A DNA stretch of 64,000 nucleotides. It comes from Myxococcota bacterium (GTDB taxonomy: Bacteria; Myxococcota_A; UBA9160; SZUA-336). Of the stretch, positions 38,901 through 50,215 are shown piece after piece. The DNA lies in the NCBI GenBank assembly GCA_965247115.1, contig CBDFGR010000002.1, positions 960,001 to 1,024,000 of the forward strand, written 5' to 3'. Position numbers and translations under genes: made by a program. Each line of letters opens with the position of its first letter. The stretch's first letter is position 1. The notes beneath the pieces are model-generated. The model saw only the letters and a list, made by a program, of their open reading frames with translations, was not told the origin of the DNA and ran no database searches.

Positions 38901-39235
38901 TTGGGCACCACGTCCTCGGCCAGCATGGAGCGCGAGACGTCGACCGCAACCATCAGCTCCGCACTCGCTCTTGGGGTTGCGAGAAACTCGAGACCCCACT
39001 GCGGACGCATCACGGCCAAGACGGCGAAGAGCCCGCTCAGGGTGAGCATCGCGATCCGCAGCCGACGCTGCGCGGGTGTCGCTCTGTGCACCAGCCTGGT
39101 GCGGAGCGACGGTGCGACGAGCAGCCGCAGCGCTCGCCTGGCCCTGCGGTCCGAGATCACCAGTAGCACTCCAAAGCCCAGCACCGCCCACACGCCGTGG
39201 ATCCACTGCGGCTCCGCAAAGCGCAGCTCACTCAC
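35903..39235 (-). CDS. BatB-like vWA protein fused to TPR and long helical C-terminal region
   Basis: RPQWG, DVSRSM MIDAS, LITDGE, then YNLG/ARHNLE TPR, helical repeats, C-terminal EKDW. Confidence 0.8.
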   Translation of the reverse strand: MSELRFAEPQWIHGVWAVLGFGVLLVISDRRARRALRLLVAPSLRTRLVHRATPAQRRLRIAMLTLSGLFAVLAVMRPQWGLEFLATPRASAELMVAVDVSRSMLAEDVVPNRLERAKAEVRDLLAYLEGDHVGLIAFAGRASVLAPLTPDFSFLRLVLDDFGAHSVSRGGTRLEEPIRKALAGFRATGDVARVILLITDGEDLDSFPLDAARAAAERGIAIITIGLGSGEGSDVPLTDPTTGARALLRDSEGRVVRSRLDATTLSEIARLTGGVYVPAGTGALDLDSIYEAHIAGLMRGQVDGSGRPVRNEGFQWLVLCSLLSLVGATLLGRARPLAAAAVIALLYAPGATLAQEPDPLPPVPAATQGAVAEATEQDAEPEELTTPELPSPREAYNLGLESLKAQELEEAQRLFELARSTAETDGETRYRAIYGLGWASAASADRRLDGAPEEALVQLFLAADRFRDSLRLRPGSEDARHNLEVVLTRARVLEDSLRDQDARSLAASLDELSQRQRQLVAGVRSSVEQKQLAGALSEEALRSRHRELSTQQRLILSDSDLLAGKADGERRQLETKPEAERQPQDQLRAAQLSQLLPHLRRARERMGHARRELRQQQSERGHRRASVALAELNLARDQLRDPVEVLDALIRDGTEVGGYTQLYALRDSGVPGSGSEQQRPDWLSSAYLVDALDGITERTASLRATLVAGLSQPAGAELEPGDARLLAAVRQAEPLVAEAWGRLARARDSMARDAALEALVAERTAVSALTSARELFLGLRGLIELTYADQLGLGQLASEAPLPAVEMLPRLYGVQQRNLSRASRIGQQLDEELAALRPDSSEEELDEQRTRLLVAKRLLARSEAAMEDVGAALRRQARRRAPDLEVAVRPNVRAVAGLDALRRLFFSIVEQLRDTAQQQLELNDETEQTAALPNPVPALGPLIPRQAKLAHTTGVLAGALEAQSRQTPAAAPSSEEQESLSPEAVRDASDRLRRAAELTLAAQAPMQSAAEQLAADQVDAARSDQDQGLEHLRQALALLTPPERQEGERSQADAGQQGEPETSDTVAAAEQQAADPSQLLQEVRDREARRRRERARQQRRTSSETVEKDW

Positions 39236-40254
39236 GGGAGCCTCCGGAGCAGGGTGCTGCTCGATACCCCCGCCAAGGCGATGCAGGCGAGCGCGGCCAG
39301 CGTCCAGACCTGGTAATGCTCCGAGTACTGGAGGTAGCGAACCTCGGAGATCACGGAGCGCTCCAGCTGGTCGATCTCCGCGTAGACGGTCTCCAGCGCC
39401 TCGGCGCTGTCCGCGTGGTAGTAGCGCCCGTCGGTGCGCTCGGCGATGCGGCGCAGCGTCTGCTCGTCGAGCTCTACCTGCATCCTCTGCAGTCGTACCC
39501 TGCCGCCATCGATGCGGACGGGAACCGGCGCCAGCCCGTGCCGGCCCGCGCCGATCGCATACACGCGGATGTCGTGCTGGGCGGCGAGCTCGGCGGCCTG
39601 CAGCGGCTCGATCGCGCCTGCGTTGTTCACTCCATCGGTGAGCAGGATGATGACTTTGGACTTTGCGGGATGGCGGCGCAGGCGCTCCACTGCCAGAGCG
39701 ATCCCCTCGCCGATCGCCGTGCCCGCCTCGCGCTGGTCCGCGTTGATCTCGAGCTGATCCAGAATCGCGATCAGGTTCAGGTGATCCAGCGTCAGCGGAC
39801 AGAACGCGTCGGCGTAGCCCGCGAAGGCAATGAGACCCAGGAGATCGGCGGGGCGCCCGGCGAGCTCGCCACCCCCCAGCACAAAGTCACGAACGATCCG
39901 CTTGACCGCGTGCAACCGACTCACTCCGGCGTCGTCCTCGACGAAGTCGCGGGCATCCATCGACCCGGAGCGATCGACGACCAGGCCGACCGCGATGCCC
40001 TCCTGCAGCTGTTCTGTTGTCGCATCCCCGGTACGCGGACCGGCCAGGGCAACCGCGAGGAACAACCCCGCACAGGCCAGGAGTACGGCAGGTGCGCGAG
40101 CGAGGCGCGCGCGCGGACTCACCGGTGCGCGATCCGGGACGTCGAGGCTCGAGTAGACGACCGCGGAGCGCTCCGCGCGCGCCAGGAGGTAGATCAGCGG
40201 CGCGAGCAATCCCGCCAGCAGGAACAGCGGATCTCGGAACTCCGACTCAAACAC
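39232..40254 (-). CDS. BatA-like vWA protein
   Basis: DRSGSM MIDAS, TAIGEGI, LLTDGVNN, DEQTLRRIAE. Confidence 0.85.
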   Translation of the reverse strand: MFESEFRDPLFLLAGLLAPLIYLLARAERSAVVYSSLDVPDRAPVSPRARLARAPAVLLACAGLFLAVALAGPRTGDATTEQLQEGIAVGLVVDRSGSMDARDFVEDDAGVSRLHAVKRIVRDFVLGGGELAGRPADLLGLIAFAGYADAFCPLTLDHLNLIAILDQLEINADQREAGTAIGEGIALAVERLRRHPAKSKVIILLTDGVNNAGAIEPLQAAELAAQHDIRVYAIGAGRHGLAPVPVRIDGGRVRLQRMQVELDEQTLRRIAERTDGRYYHADSAEALETVYAEIDQLERSVISEVRYLQYSEHYQVWTLAALACIALAGVSSSTLLRRLP

Positions 40255-41251
40255 CGGCTGGCGCTCTCACCGCCGCAAGCTCTGTCTGGCCCCCTCCGAG
40301 CTCGCGGGTCTCTTCTAGCACGCGGCTGGCCGCGCCAAGAGAGCCCTCCACCTCTGCGCTGCCCGGTCGGTGTCCCGCGAACTTGACCAGATCGGCGCGA
40401 CTCAGGAACTCGTGCAGCAAGCTGCGCAGCTCCTGACTCAGATCCGGCGACTCGCTGGCCACCACGAAGAACTCTTCGGTCGTGAGCTCCGGTGAGCGCA
40501 GATCGAAGCGCCCTTCGAGGTAGAGTCGCACGATTCCTGAGAGCTTGACGTAGAAGCCGTCGACCTCTGCCGGGCCCGGGCGCGAACCCGATAGCAGGCG
40601 GTCGAGCTCCGTGCGCGCGACCTCGTAGGCGCTGCGCTGAACGCGTCGAGCGCTCGCGCCGAGCCAGGCCCAGAGCGCCAGTCCGGCCGCTCCCAGCGCG
40701 AGACCCGCAGCTCCGAGCCAGCCCCACAGCGGCAGCAATGGTGGACCCAGCATCGCCAGGGGTGGCAGCGGCGGGCGCAGCTCTGGCGTGGCGCCGCTAG
40801 GGAGGACGGAGGCCACCTCGAACTCGATCCGCTCCGTCAACAGCTCGTGGGCGTCTGCACCTTCGGGAGCGCTCTCTGCGCCGGGACGCCTGTCGACGAA
40901 CTCGACCAGGAGCGGCGGGATGCTGTGCTCCCCTGAGGTAGGCGGCTCGAGCAGGTAGCGCTGGATCGCACGAGTCCCCCCCTCCGGAGTCACGTCCTCG
41001 CGGCTGCTGAAGTCGAGGATCGGGAAACGATCGAGTGCCTCACCGAACTCCGGCATCAGGAGCTCGACGCCCTCCTCCGTGCGCGCCTCGATCTCCAGGT
41101 CGAGGAGGTCCCCGATGAGCGGCGAGTCGGGCGCGAGACGCACGAAGACCTCCACGGGCCCCCGAGCGCTGCGGCGCTCGAGGCCGTTTGCACCCGCTGC
41201 GCTGACGAGAGCGCAGACGGCCAGCAGGGGCGCGAGTCCCCTCACTCTCAC
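40247..41251 (-). CDS. Bat-operon membrane protein
   Basis: Signal peptide, one TM, RLYLEGRF..PELTTEEF, ADLVKFA. Confidence 0.7.
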   Translation of the reverse strand: MRVRGLAPLLAVCALVSAAGANGLERRSARGPVEVFVRLAPDSPLIGDLLDLEIEARTEEGVELLMPEFGEALDRFPILDFSSREDVTPEGGTRAIQRYLLEPPTSGEHSIPPLLVEFVDRRPGAESAPEGADAHELLTERIEFEVASVLPSGATPELRPPLPPLAMLGPPLLPLWGWLGAAGLALGAAGLALWAWLGASARRVQRSAYEVARTELDRLLSGSRPGPAEVDGFYVKLSGIVRLYLEGRFDLRSPELTTEEFFVVASESPDLSQELRSLLHEFLSRADLVKFAGHRPGSAEVEGSLGAASRVLEETRELGGGQTELAAVRAPAGV

Positions 41252-42201
41252 CGGCGCTGCCGCCTCTCGCGCATGTGGAAGAACCGGACCAGGGGATCGA
41301 CACAGGACCCGGCCGCGTCGATGCGGACGACGTCGATCCCTGCTGAGCGAAGGTTGCGCTCCACGCTCTCGGCGCGCTCGAGCGCGAGCCGGGCGAACTC
41401 CTGCCGCACCGTTCGAGAGCCTGTGTCGACCACGCGCGTACGTCCCGTCTCCGCGTCCTGTAAGTCCACTAGTCCCACGTTCGGCAGCTCGAACTCGCGC
41501 GGATCGGAGATGAGCACCGCCACCACGTCGTGCTTGCGGTTCGCGCTGCGCAGGGCGCGCTCGTAGCCCTCATCGATGAAGTCGCTGACCACGAAACACA
41601 CCGTGCGGCGAGGCGTGACAGACATCACGAACTCGATGGCGTTGCCGATATCGGTGGCCTCGCGGGCGCGACGCATGCGGCGGCCGCGCGGCCACACTGG
41701 CCAGCGAAACGACCGCGGCTGCGCGTGCTCGTCGACGTCCGTTCCATTGGCGAGCACCTCGCGCACCACACGCAGTGCGTGCTTCTGTCCTTTGCGGGGT
41801 GGAATGTACTTCTCGATCCCGCTGTGAAAGAGCGTGAGTCCGACCTTGTCATCGTTGCGCGTGGCCGAGAACGCAAGCAGCGCACACAGCTCGGCGGTGC
41901 TCTCCCGTTTGGAGCGCGTCCCTGAGCCGTAGTCTTGCGAGGCGGAGACATCCGCCATGAGCATGAGCGTGAGCTGACGGTCTTCCACGTAACGCTTCAC
42001 GAAAGGCTCGCCCATGCGAGCGGTAACGTTCCAGTCGATCGTGCGCACGTCGTCGCCGGGCACGTACGGGCGCACCTCGTCGAACTCGATGCCTCGGCCC
42101 TTGAACACCGAGCCGTACTCACCGGCCAGCACGTCGGCGACTTGACGGCCCGTTCGGACCTGAATCTCGCGAACACGTCGAATGATCTCGCGGGCCAACA
42201 T
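41248..42201 (-). CDS. DUF58 protein
   Basis: GIEFDEVRPYVPGDDVRTIDWNVTAR. Confidence 0.9.
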   Translation of the reverse strand: MLAREIIRRVREIQVRTGRQVADVLAGEYGSVFKGRGIEFDEVRPYVPGDDVRTIDWNVTARMGEPFVKRYVEDRQLTLMLMADVSASQDYGSGTRSKRESTAELCALLAFSATRNDDKVGLTLFHSGIEKYIPPRKGQKHALRVVREVLANGTDVDEHAQPRSFRWPVWPRGRRMRRAREATDIGNAIEFVMSVTPRRTVCFVVSDFIDEGYERALRSANRKHDVVAVLISDPREFELPNVGLVDLQDAETGRTRVVDTGSRTVRQEFARLALERAESVERNLRSAGIDVVRIDAAGSCVDPLVRFFHMRERRQRR

Positions 42202-42213
42202 GGTTCGGATCGG

Positions 42214-43230
42214 CTAGGGCACCAGGACCCCGTCGAGAATGACCTGGATCAGGTCGTCAGACGTCTTTCCCTCTGCCTCTGCTTCATACGTTGGTACGAT
42301 CCGATGGCGGAGCACGTCGGGAGCGAGGGACTTCACGTCGTGCGGCGTCGCGTAGTCCCGACCCTGCAAGAACGCGCTGACCTTCGCGCCCTTCATCAGG
42401 CTGATCGAGGCGCGCGGGCTCGCCCCGAGCTCGATCATATCCTCGAGTGACGGGAGCTCGGCTTCGCCAGGATTGCGCGTCGCCTGGACGAGCTCGACGA
42501 TGTAGTCGCGTACCTTATCGTCTACGAAGACCGCATCCACCAGCTCACGTGCCGCCAGGATCTGCTCCGGGCTGGTGACCTTTTCCACCTCCGGCAAAGG
42601 GCGGCCACTCGCCATGCGCTCGACGATCTTTCGTTCCTCGTCGCGAGAGGGGTAGTCAACCCTCACCTTCAGCATGAAGCGATCCACCTGCGCCTCGGGC
42701 AGCGGGTAGGTCCCCTCCTGCTCGATCGGGTTCTGCGTGGCGAGCACCAGGAAGGGATCCTCGAGCGGATAGCTGCGCCCGCCGATCGTGGCTTGCTTCT
42801 CCTGCATCGCCTCGAGCAAGGCGGACTGAACTTTGGCAGGCGCACGGTTGATCTCGTCGGCCAGAATCAGGTTCGAGAAGATCGGGCCCTGCTTGACGCT
42901 GTACGTCGCGTCTCGCGGATTGAAGACCTCCGTGCCAATCACGTCCGCGGGCAACATGTCGGGCGTGAACTGGATGCGGGAGAAGCCCGTGTCGATGGCC
43001 TGCGCGAGCGAGCGCACCGCAAGCGTCTTGGCCAGTCCCGGCACCCCCTCGAGCAGAATGTGACCACCTGCGAGCAGACCGGTGAGCAGACGGGTGACCA
43101 TCGCCTCCTGACCAACCAGAACCTTGCTCACCTCTGCGGTCAGCCGGCGAGCCAGGTCCGCGTGGGCTTCGATCTGACTGCTGAGCTGGGTCGCCTCCAA
43201 CGCTCCTCTCCTGCTCGACTGGAGCCCCAC
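42214..43230 (-). CDS. moxR: MoxR-family AAA+ ATPase
   Basis: GVPGLAKT, RIQFTPD, DEINRAPAKVQSALLEAM, ATQNPIEQEGTYPLPEAQ. Confidence 0.93.
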   Translation of the reverse strand: MGLQSSRRGALEATQLSSQIEAHADLARRLTAEVSKVLVGQEAMVTRLLTGLLAGGHILLEGVPGLAKTLAVRSLAQAIDTGFSRIQFTPDMLPADVIGTEVFNPRDATYSVKQGPIFSNLILADEINRAPAKVQSALLEAMQEKQATIGGRSYPLEDPFLVLATQNPIEQEGTYPLPEAQVDRFMLKVRVDYPSRDEERKIVERMASGRPLPEVEKVTSPEQILAARELVDAVFVDDKVRDYIVELVQATRNPGEAELPSLEDMIELGASPRASISLMKGAKVSAFLQGRDYATPHDVKSLAPDVLRHRIVPTYEAEAEGKTSDDLIQVILDGVLVP

Positions 43231-43347
43231 GGATGAGTGCGGAGTCTACGAAAGTCCGCAGCTGATTCCAGCATCTGGAAAAGGCCGATCGCGTTCACGG
43301 GAGCGCATAGATGTGCGACGTCGCCATGCGCGACAGTCTCGCCTCTC

Positions 43348-43506
43348 AGCAAGCGCGCCGGCCACGCGCCGGATCCCACAAGACGTACTCAAGCCTCCTC
43401 TCTGGCATCCGATCGATAGGAGTGCCCGGAGCAGCAAGCGCGGTGCGCGCAACGAAGGCCGAAGACCTGAGCGGGAAGTCGGGTGGCCGCGGCCGGGTCC
43501 AGCAAG
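43348..43506 (-). repeat. Two degenerate GTGGGACCC-family repeat copies
   Basis: 43348-43384 (GCAAGCGC...GGATCCCACAAGAC) and 43433-43506 align by eye with 45790-45882. Confidence 0.7.
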
Positions 43507-43519
43507 AAGAGGGCTCGCC

Positions 43520-44629
43520 ATGAAAAGACCATCGGTGCTGGTGCTGGACGACGGTGAGCTCGGGCTCGCGCGGGAGCTGCTGGGCGAGCTCGGAGCACGC
43601 TTCGAGCACGTCGAGAGTCCCGAGCTCGACAGCGCGCTGCCGGAGCCCGAGCAGCTGCTCGTAACCACGGCCCAGCGTGCCGAGGCCCACCAGTACCGAC
43701 GCGGCGTCTCGGCGCTCGCACCGCGCGCTGTTTGGATCGTGTTTCTCGCAGGAGACGACCGCCTGGACAGGACACCGCTCCGGCTCAAGGGCTTCGACCT
43801 CCTGGTCCGCGAGCCGGTCCATCCGGTGGCGCTGAGGCTGCTGTTGCTGCGCGCACTCTACTCCGGCCACGACAAGAGGCGCGTGAGACGCGAGGCGTTT
43901 GGGTATCAGGTCGAGTTCCGCAGCGGAAAAGCGACTGGAAGCGGAACCTTGACCGACCTGTCGGCACGCGGCTGCCGTCTATTCACTCAGCAGGCGCCCC
44001 CTAAGGAAGAGAAGGTCTGGGTCCAGATCCCCTGCGAAGTGGCCGGCGGCGAGCCCTTTGAGCTCCCGGGGACGGTTCTGCGCACGGGCCCCGCGACCAC
44101 CGAGGGCGGGGACGAGGGCGACACCTCCGTGGGGATCAGCTTCGAAACGCTCGACGCTGAGCTCCGCAAGCGGCTGCGCGCCGTCCTGATCGAGCGCTCG
44201 AGTGGTCCAGCCGTTCTCCCGACCAGCGAGGGTGGGGAAGCGGAAGACGAGACTGCGAAGGAGCGCGAGCACTCGCGCAGTAGCTACGGCAGTCGGGTCA
44301 TGGCCATGTCAGAGTCGGCGGCGTATGCACTGCTCGGCCTCGACGTCTCGGAGGGTGGCATGCGGGTAGAGGCAAATCCGGATCTTCACGTGGGCGACCA
44401 CCTACGACTGGCGATTCATCCGCGCACAGATCCGTTCCTGGTCGAGGCCATCGTCGTTCGCGACGACGGGGAAAGGGGGCTGGCCCTCCGCTTCGAATGG
44501 GTGGAGCCCGGCGCCGAGCAGAACCTCCGTAGCCTCGTCGAGAGCCTGCCGATGATCGAGGTACTCGATGACGGCGAGCTCAAGCCGAGCATCGTTAGCC
44601 AGATTCTCCCCCGCGGCGACGAGGACTAG
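43520..44629 (+). CDS. Tandem PilZ-domain protein
   Basis: RRVRR...DLSARG and REHSR...DVSEGG c-di-GMP motifs. Confidence 0.75.
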   Translation: MKRPSVLVLDDGELGLARELLGELGARFEHVESPELDSALPEPEQLLVTTAQRAEAHQYRRGVSALAPRAVWIVFLAGDDRLDRTPLRLKGFDLLVREPVHPVALRLLLLRALYSGHDKRRVRREAFGYQVEFRSGKATGSGTLTDLSARGCRLFTQQAPPKEEKVWVQIPCEVAGGEPFELPGTVLRTGPATTEGGDEGDTSVGISFETLDAELRKRLRAVLIERSSGPAVLPTSEGGEAEDETAKEREHSRSSYGSRVMAMSESAAYALLGLDVSEGGMRVEANPDLHVGDHLRLAIHPRTDPFLVEAIVVRDDGERGLALRFEWVEPGAEQNLRSLVESLPMIEVLDDGELKPSIVSQILPRGDED

Positions 44630-44720
44630 AGCCCGCCCGCCACGCGGCGAGACGCTGCGCGAGCTCGGGGCACGGCGCCCCACTCGCCCATTCTCGATGT
44701 GTCTGCGAAAATGCCCTGGA

Positions 44721-45443
44721 ATGCGACCGCTGTACTCCGCCTGCTTCTGGCTCTTCATGGCCCTGAGCTCCCTCGTCGCGTTCCCCGTCGCAGTGCTGAT
44801 CTGGGCGGTGACCGCCCCCTTCGATCCGAAGAGGATCTGGCTGCACCGCTTCACCTGCGTGTGGGCCTCGCTGTATACGTGGATGAACCCCGCGTGGCTC
44901 GTCGACCTGCGCGGACTGGACAAGATCCGGCGGGACCAGACATACGTGATGGTTTGCAATCACCTGTCCTTGCTGGACATCCTGGTGCTGTTCCGCCTGC
45001 GCACCCACTTCAAGTGGGTCTCCAAGATCGAGAACTTCCGGATTCCCCTCGTTGGCTGGAACATGTCGCTGAACCGCTACATCCGGCTGATCCGCGGCAG
45101 CCGCGCGAGCGCGATCCGCATGATGCGAGAATGCGAGGCCGCGCTCGCCGGCGGAAACTCGATCATGATGTTCCCCGAGGGCACTCGTTCCCCGAACGGG
45201 CGGCTCCGCGCCTTCAAGACAGGGGCCTTCGAGCTCGCCAAGAGCACACAATCGGCCATCCTGCCCATCGCACTCGACGGAACCGCGGATGCCCTGCCCA
45301 AGCGAGGCTTCCTGCTGCGGGGCCGACACGCAATCCGAGTCACCGTCCTGGACGCCATCCCGCCCACCGAGTTTGCAGATCTCTCCGTCTCCGAGCTCAC
45401 CCAGAAAGTCCATGATCTGATCGCCGCCAGGGTCGCCAACTAG
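44721..45443 (+). CDS. Lysophospholipid acyltransferase (PlsC-like)
   Basis: NHLSLLD, FPEGTRS, FKTGAF. Confidence 0.9.
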   Translation: MRPLYSACFWLFMALSSLVAFPVAVLIWAVTAPFDPKRIWLHRFTCVWASLYTWMNPAWLVDLRGLDKIRRDQTYVMVCNHLSLLDILVLFRLRTHFKWVSKIENFRIPLVGWNMSLNRYIRLIRGSRASAIRMMRECEAALAGGNSIMMFPEGTRSPNGRLRAFKTGAFELAKSTQSAILPIALDGTADALPKRGFLLRGRHAIRVTVLDAIPPTEFADLSVSELTQKVHDLIAARVAN

Positions 45444-45886
45444 ACTTGTGGCTTGTGGGACCGGGTCTTGTGGGACCCGGCCGCGGGCGTCCGCGGCCAC
45501 CCACCTCCGCTCAGGGCTTCGCCCTTCGCTGCGCGCGCCGCGTACCGCGGCGCTTGCAGGGAGGTCCCACGGAACGACGGAGGCAAGAAACCGAACTTGG
45601 GGACGGTCCTTAATCCGAACTTATTCGGCGTGAGACAACCGCAGCGATGCCTAGATGAACAAATGTGCCTGAGAGTCCCACCTCAGTGACCAGAGGTTCC
45701 GGCTTCGGCCAAACAAGTTCGGATTGAGGACCGTCCCCAAGTTCGGATTCCGAGGAGAACCGGCAACCTCCTCGGGGGCTTGGCAACTATGCAAGCGCCG
45801 CGGAAGCGGCGCGCGCAGCGAAGGGCGAAGCCCTGAGCGGAGGTGGGTGGCCGCGGACGCCCGCGGCCGGGTCCCACAAGACAAGA
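45444..45886. repeat. Nested inverted-repeat element (outer GTGGGACCC arms, inner GGGGACGGTC arms)
   Basis: Outer arms 45465-45558 and 45790-45882 near-perfect; inner arms 45591-45622 and 45715-45746 with 1 mismatch. Confidence 0.92.
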
Positions 45887-45926
45887 CTTGATTCAGTCGG
45901 GTGGCGGAGTGGCCGATGGCACCTGC

Positions 45927-46379
45927 ATGGGGAGGGACTGGGGGTTCTCCATTGGAGCGGTCGTCGTGGGGGGACTTGTCTACCTGCTCTACGTGTCGCC
46001 TCCGAGCTGGAGAGTTCCAGATCCCAGGGATCTACTGACCAGGACCTCCGTGGCGCCGTTGGTGCAGCCGGTCGTCGTGATGGTGGTAGGGACCCCGGAA
46101 AACGTCGAGGTCATGCGTCGCTCCGTCAACAGGGATCGCATCGTGGCGAGCCGCAAGAACTCCTTCGCGCTCGACGAGGGGCGCATCATCGCTGCGAGCG
46201 TCGGCGATGCTGGGGAGTCCGTGACGGCCGCCGGCTGGATCGATCGACCTCTCGAGATTGTCGCGCCGGCCCGGGTGCGGCAGCCTGCCACCGCGCCTGC
46301 TGGGAGTGCACCGCCGAGCATTCACGCCTCCCAGCTCACCCAGGCCCAGGCGATGTCTCTGCTAGACCAGCTGGAGTGA
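45927..46379 (+). CDS. Hypothetical membrane-anchored protein
   Basis: 150-aa ORF with N-terminal TM segment filling the gap between repeat and GNAT gene. Confidence 0.5.
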   Translation: MGRDWGFSIGAVVVGGLVYLLYVSPPSWRVPDPRDLLTRTSVAPLVQPVVVMVVGTPENVEVMRRSVNRDRIVASRKNSFALDEGRIIAASVGDAGESVTAAGWIDRPLEIVAPARVRQPATAPAGSAPPSIHASQLTQAQAMSLLDQLE

Positions 46380-46394
46380 GTGCGGCGCTGCCGC

Positions 46395-47546
46395 TCAGCT
46401 TGCCTCCTCCGACGGCTTGAGCGCGGAATTGTCCCGAATCCAGTCGATGTTGCCGGCCATCTCCCCCCGCTCCGTTTCGAGAAAGTGCGCCACGGCGTCG
46501 TGCAGCCGCGAGTCCGTCAGAAAGTGGAGGCTCCAGGTGGGCTCGGCGTCGAAACCGCGCAGCTGCTTGTAGTCTCCGCCGGCGCCCGGCTCGAAGCGGG
46601 CCAGGCCGCGCTCAATGCAGTACTCGGCGGCAGCGTAGTAGCAGACGTTGAAGTGGAGGTGACGCAGCTCCCGATCGCAACCCCAGTAGCGCCCGTACAA
46701 GGCGTCTCCCTTCACGACGTTCGTGGTTCCCGCGATCACCCGCTCGGCCTGCCGAGCCACGATGAAGCAGAGCCTCTCGCGAAAGCCCTCGCGCAGGAGC
46801 TCGAAGAAGCGCTCGTTCAGGTACTGGTGGCCCCAGGAGCGGGCGCGGATGGTCGACAGGTAGAAGCGGTACATCGCTGGAAACAGATCGTCGGGGATTT
46901 CGCTGCCCGTGAACATCTCGATCGTGACACCCTGCTCGCGCAGCTGACGGCGTTCGCGCTTGATCTGGTTGCGACGCTTGCTGCGAAAGCGCCCGAGGTA
47001 CGCGTCGAAGTCGGCGTAGTCGTAGTTGCGCCAGTGATACTGCAGGCCCATGCGACGCTGGTAACCCTGCTTCTCGAGCGGCCGGATCTCTTCCGGCTTG
47101 CAGAAATTCACGTGGACTCCCGACAGCTCGTTCTGCTGACAGATCTCTCGCAGCACTGCCCCCAGGGTCTCTATCCAGTGTGCCTTGTCCTGACCCGCGG
47201 CCACCAGAAAGCGCGCGCCGGTGACCGGTGTAAAGGGCACACCGACGAGAAGCTTGGGGTAATAATTGATGCCAGCTCGCTCCGCGGCATCGGCCCAGCC
47301 CCAGTCGAAGACAAACTCTCCCTGGCTGTGACCCTTGGCGTAGAGCGGGCAAGCAGCGACGATCTTACCGTCCTGCTTGGCGATCAGCGGGCGGGGACCC
47401 CAGCCCGTTCTCGGGCCCACCGCACCCGACTGCTCCAGCGAGGCGAGCCAATCCCACTCGAGGAAGGGCGACTCGTCGCCGACGAGCGCGTTCCACTCGT
47501 CGCGCGGCAGCTCGGCTACACCCTCGAGAAGCTCGATCTCCGCCAT
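46395..47546 (-). CDS. FemAB-like GNAT-fold protein (DUF482 type)
   Basis: HSQGEFVFDWGWA, YYPKL..VPFTPV, LYGRYWG, LHFNVCYY, FEPGAGG. Confidence 0.85.
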   Translation of the reverse strand: MAEIELLEGVAELPRDEWNALVGDESPFLEWDWLASLEQSGAVGPRTGWGPRPLIAKQDGKIVAACPLYAKGHSQGEFVFDWGWADAAERAGINYYPKLLVGVPFTPVTGARFLVAAGQDKAHWIETLGAVLREICQQNELSGVHVNFCKPEEIRPLEKQGYQRRMGLQYHWRNYDYADFDAYLGRFRSKRRNQIKRERRQLREQGVTIEMFTGSEIPDDLFPAMYRFYLSTIRARSWGHQYLNERFFELLREGFRERLCFIVARQAERVIAGTTNVVKGDALYGRYWGCDRELRHLHFNVCYYAAAEYCIERGLARFEPGAGGDYKQLRGFDAEPTWSLHFLTDSRLHDAVAHFLETERGEMAGNIDWIRDNSALKPSEEAS

Positions 47547-47617
47547 CTCTGCAGAGTCTACCCCGCTGCACCGCTCGCGGCTTTGCCGCACCAGCATGTG
47601 CCTGTATCCTAGGCCCG

Positions 47618-47955
47618 ATGGCAGACAGGCCAAAGCCGCCGCAGCGGCCCCGGGGGGACCCCGAGCGTGAGGGCGGGCTCGCCACGGAGGAGAAGAGAGA
47701 GGTCAAGCGACCCGCGCGCTTCAAGGTCATACTCTTCAATGACAGTTACACGCCGATGGAGTTTGTCGTAGGGTTGCTCGAGCAAGTGTTTCAAAAAGGG
47801 CCTGCAGAGGCGACGCAGCTGATGCTCCAGATTCACAGGGGAGGAAAGGGCGTGGCCGGTGTTTACGTGCTGGAGGTCGCCGAAACGAAGGTCGCCGCCG
47901 TGCACCGGATGGCGGAGGAGCGCGGCTACCCATTGCGCGCGGGAGCGGAGCCAGA

Positions 47956-47959
<4 letters not shown>
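47618..47959 (+). CDS. clpS: Clp protease adaptor
   Basis: VILFNDSYTPMEFVV, MLQIH..GKG, AETKV. Confidence 0.93.
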
Positions 47960-50208
<2,249 letters not shown>

Positions 50209-50215
50209 CTCTCGT

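Noticed and set aside
45448..45884. Short ORFs sharing MGTVLNPNLFG or THLRSGLRPSLRA peptides (also 18032-18370, 43246-43788)
   Set aside because: Translations of the repeat elements, with no independent evidence of coding
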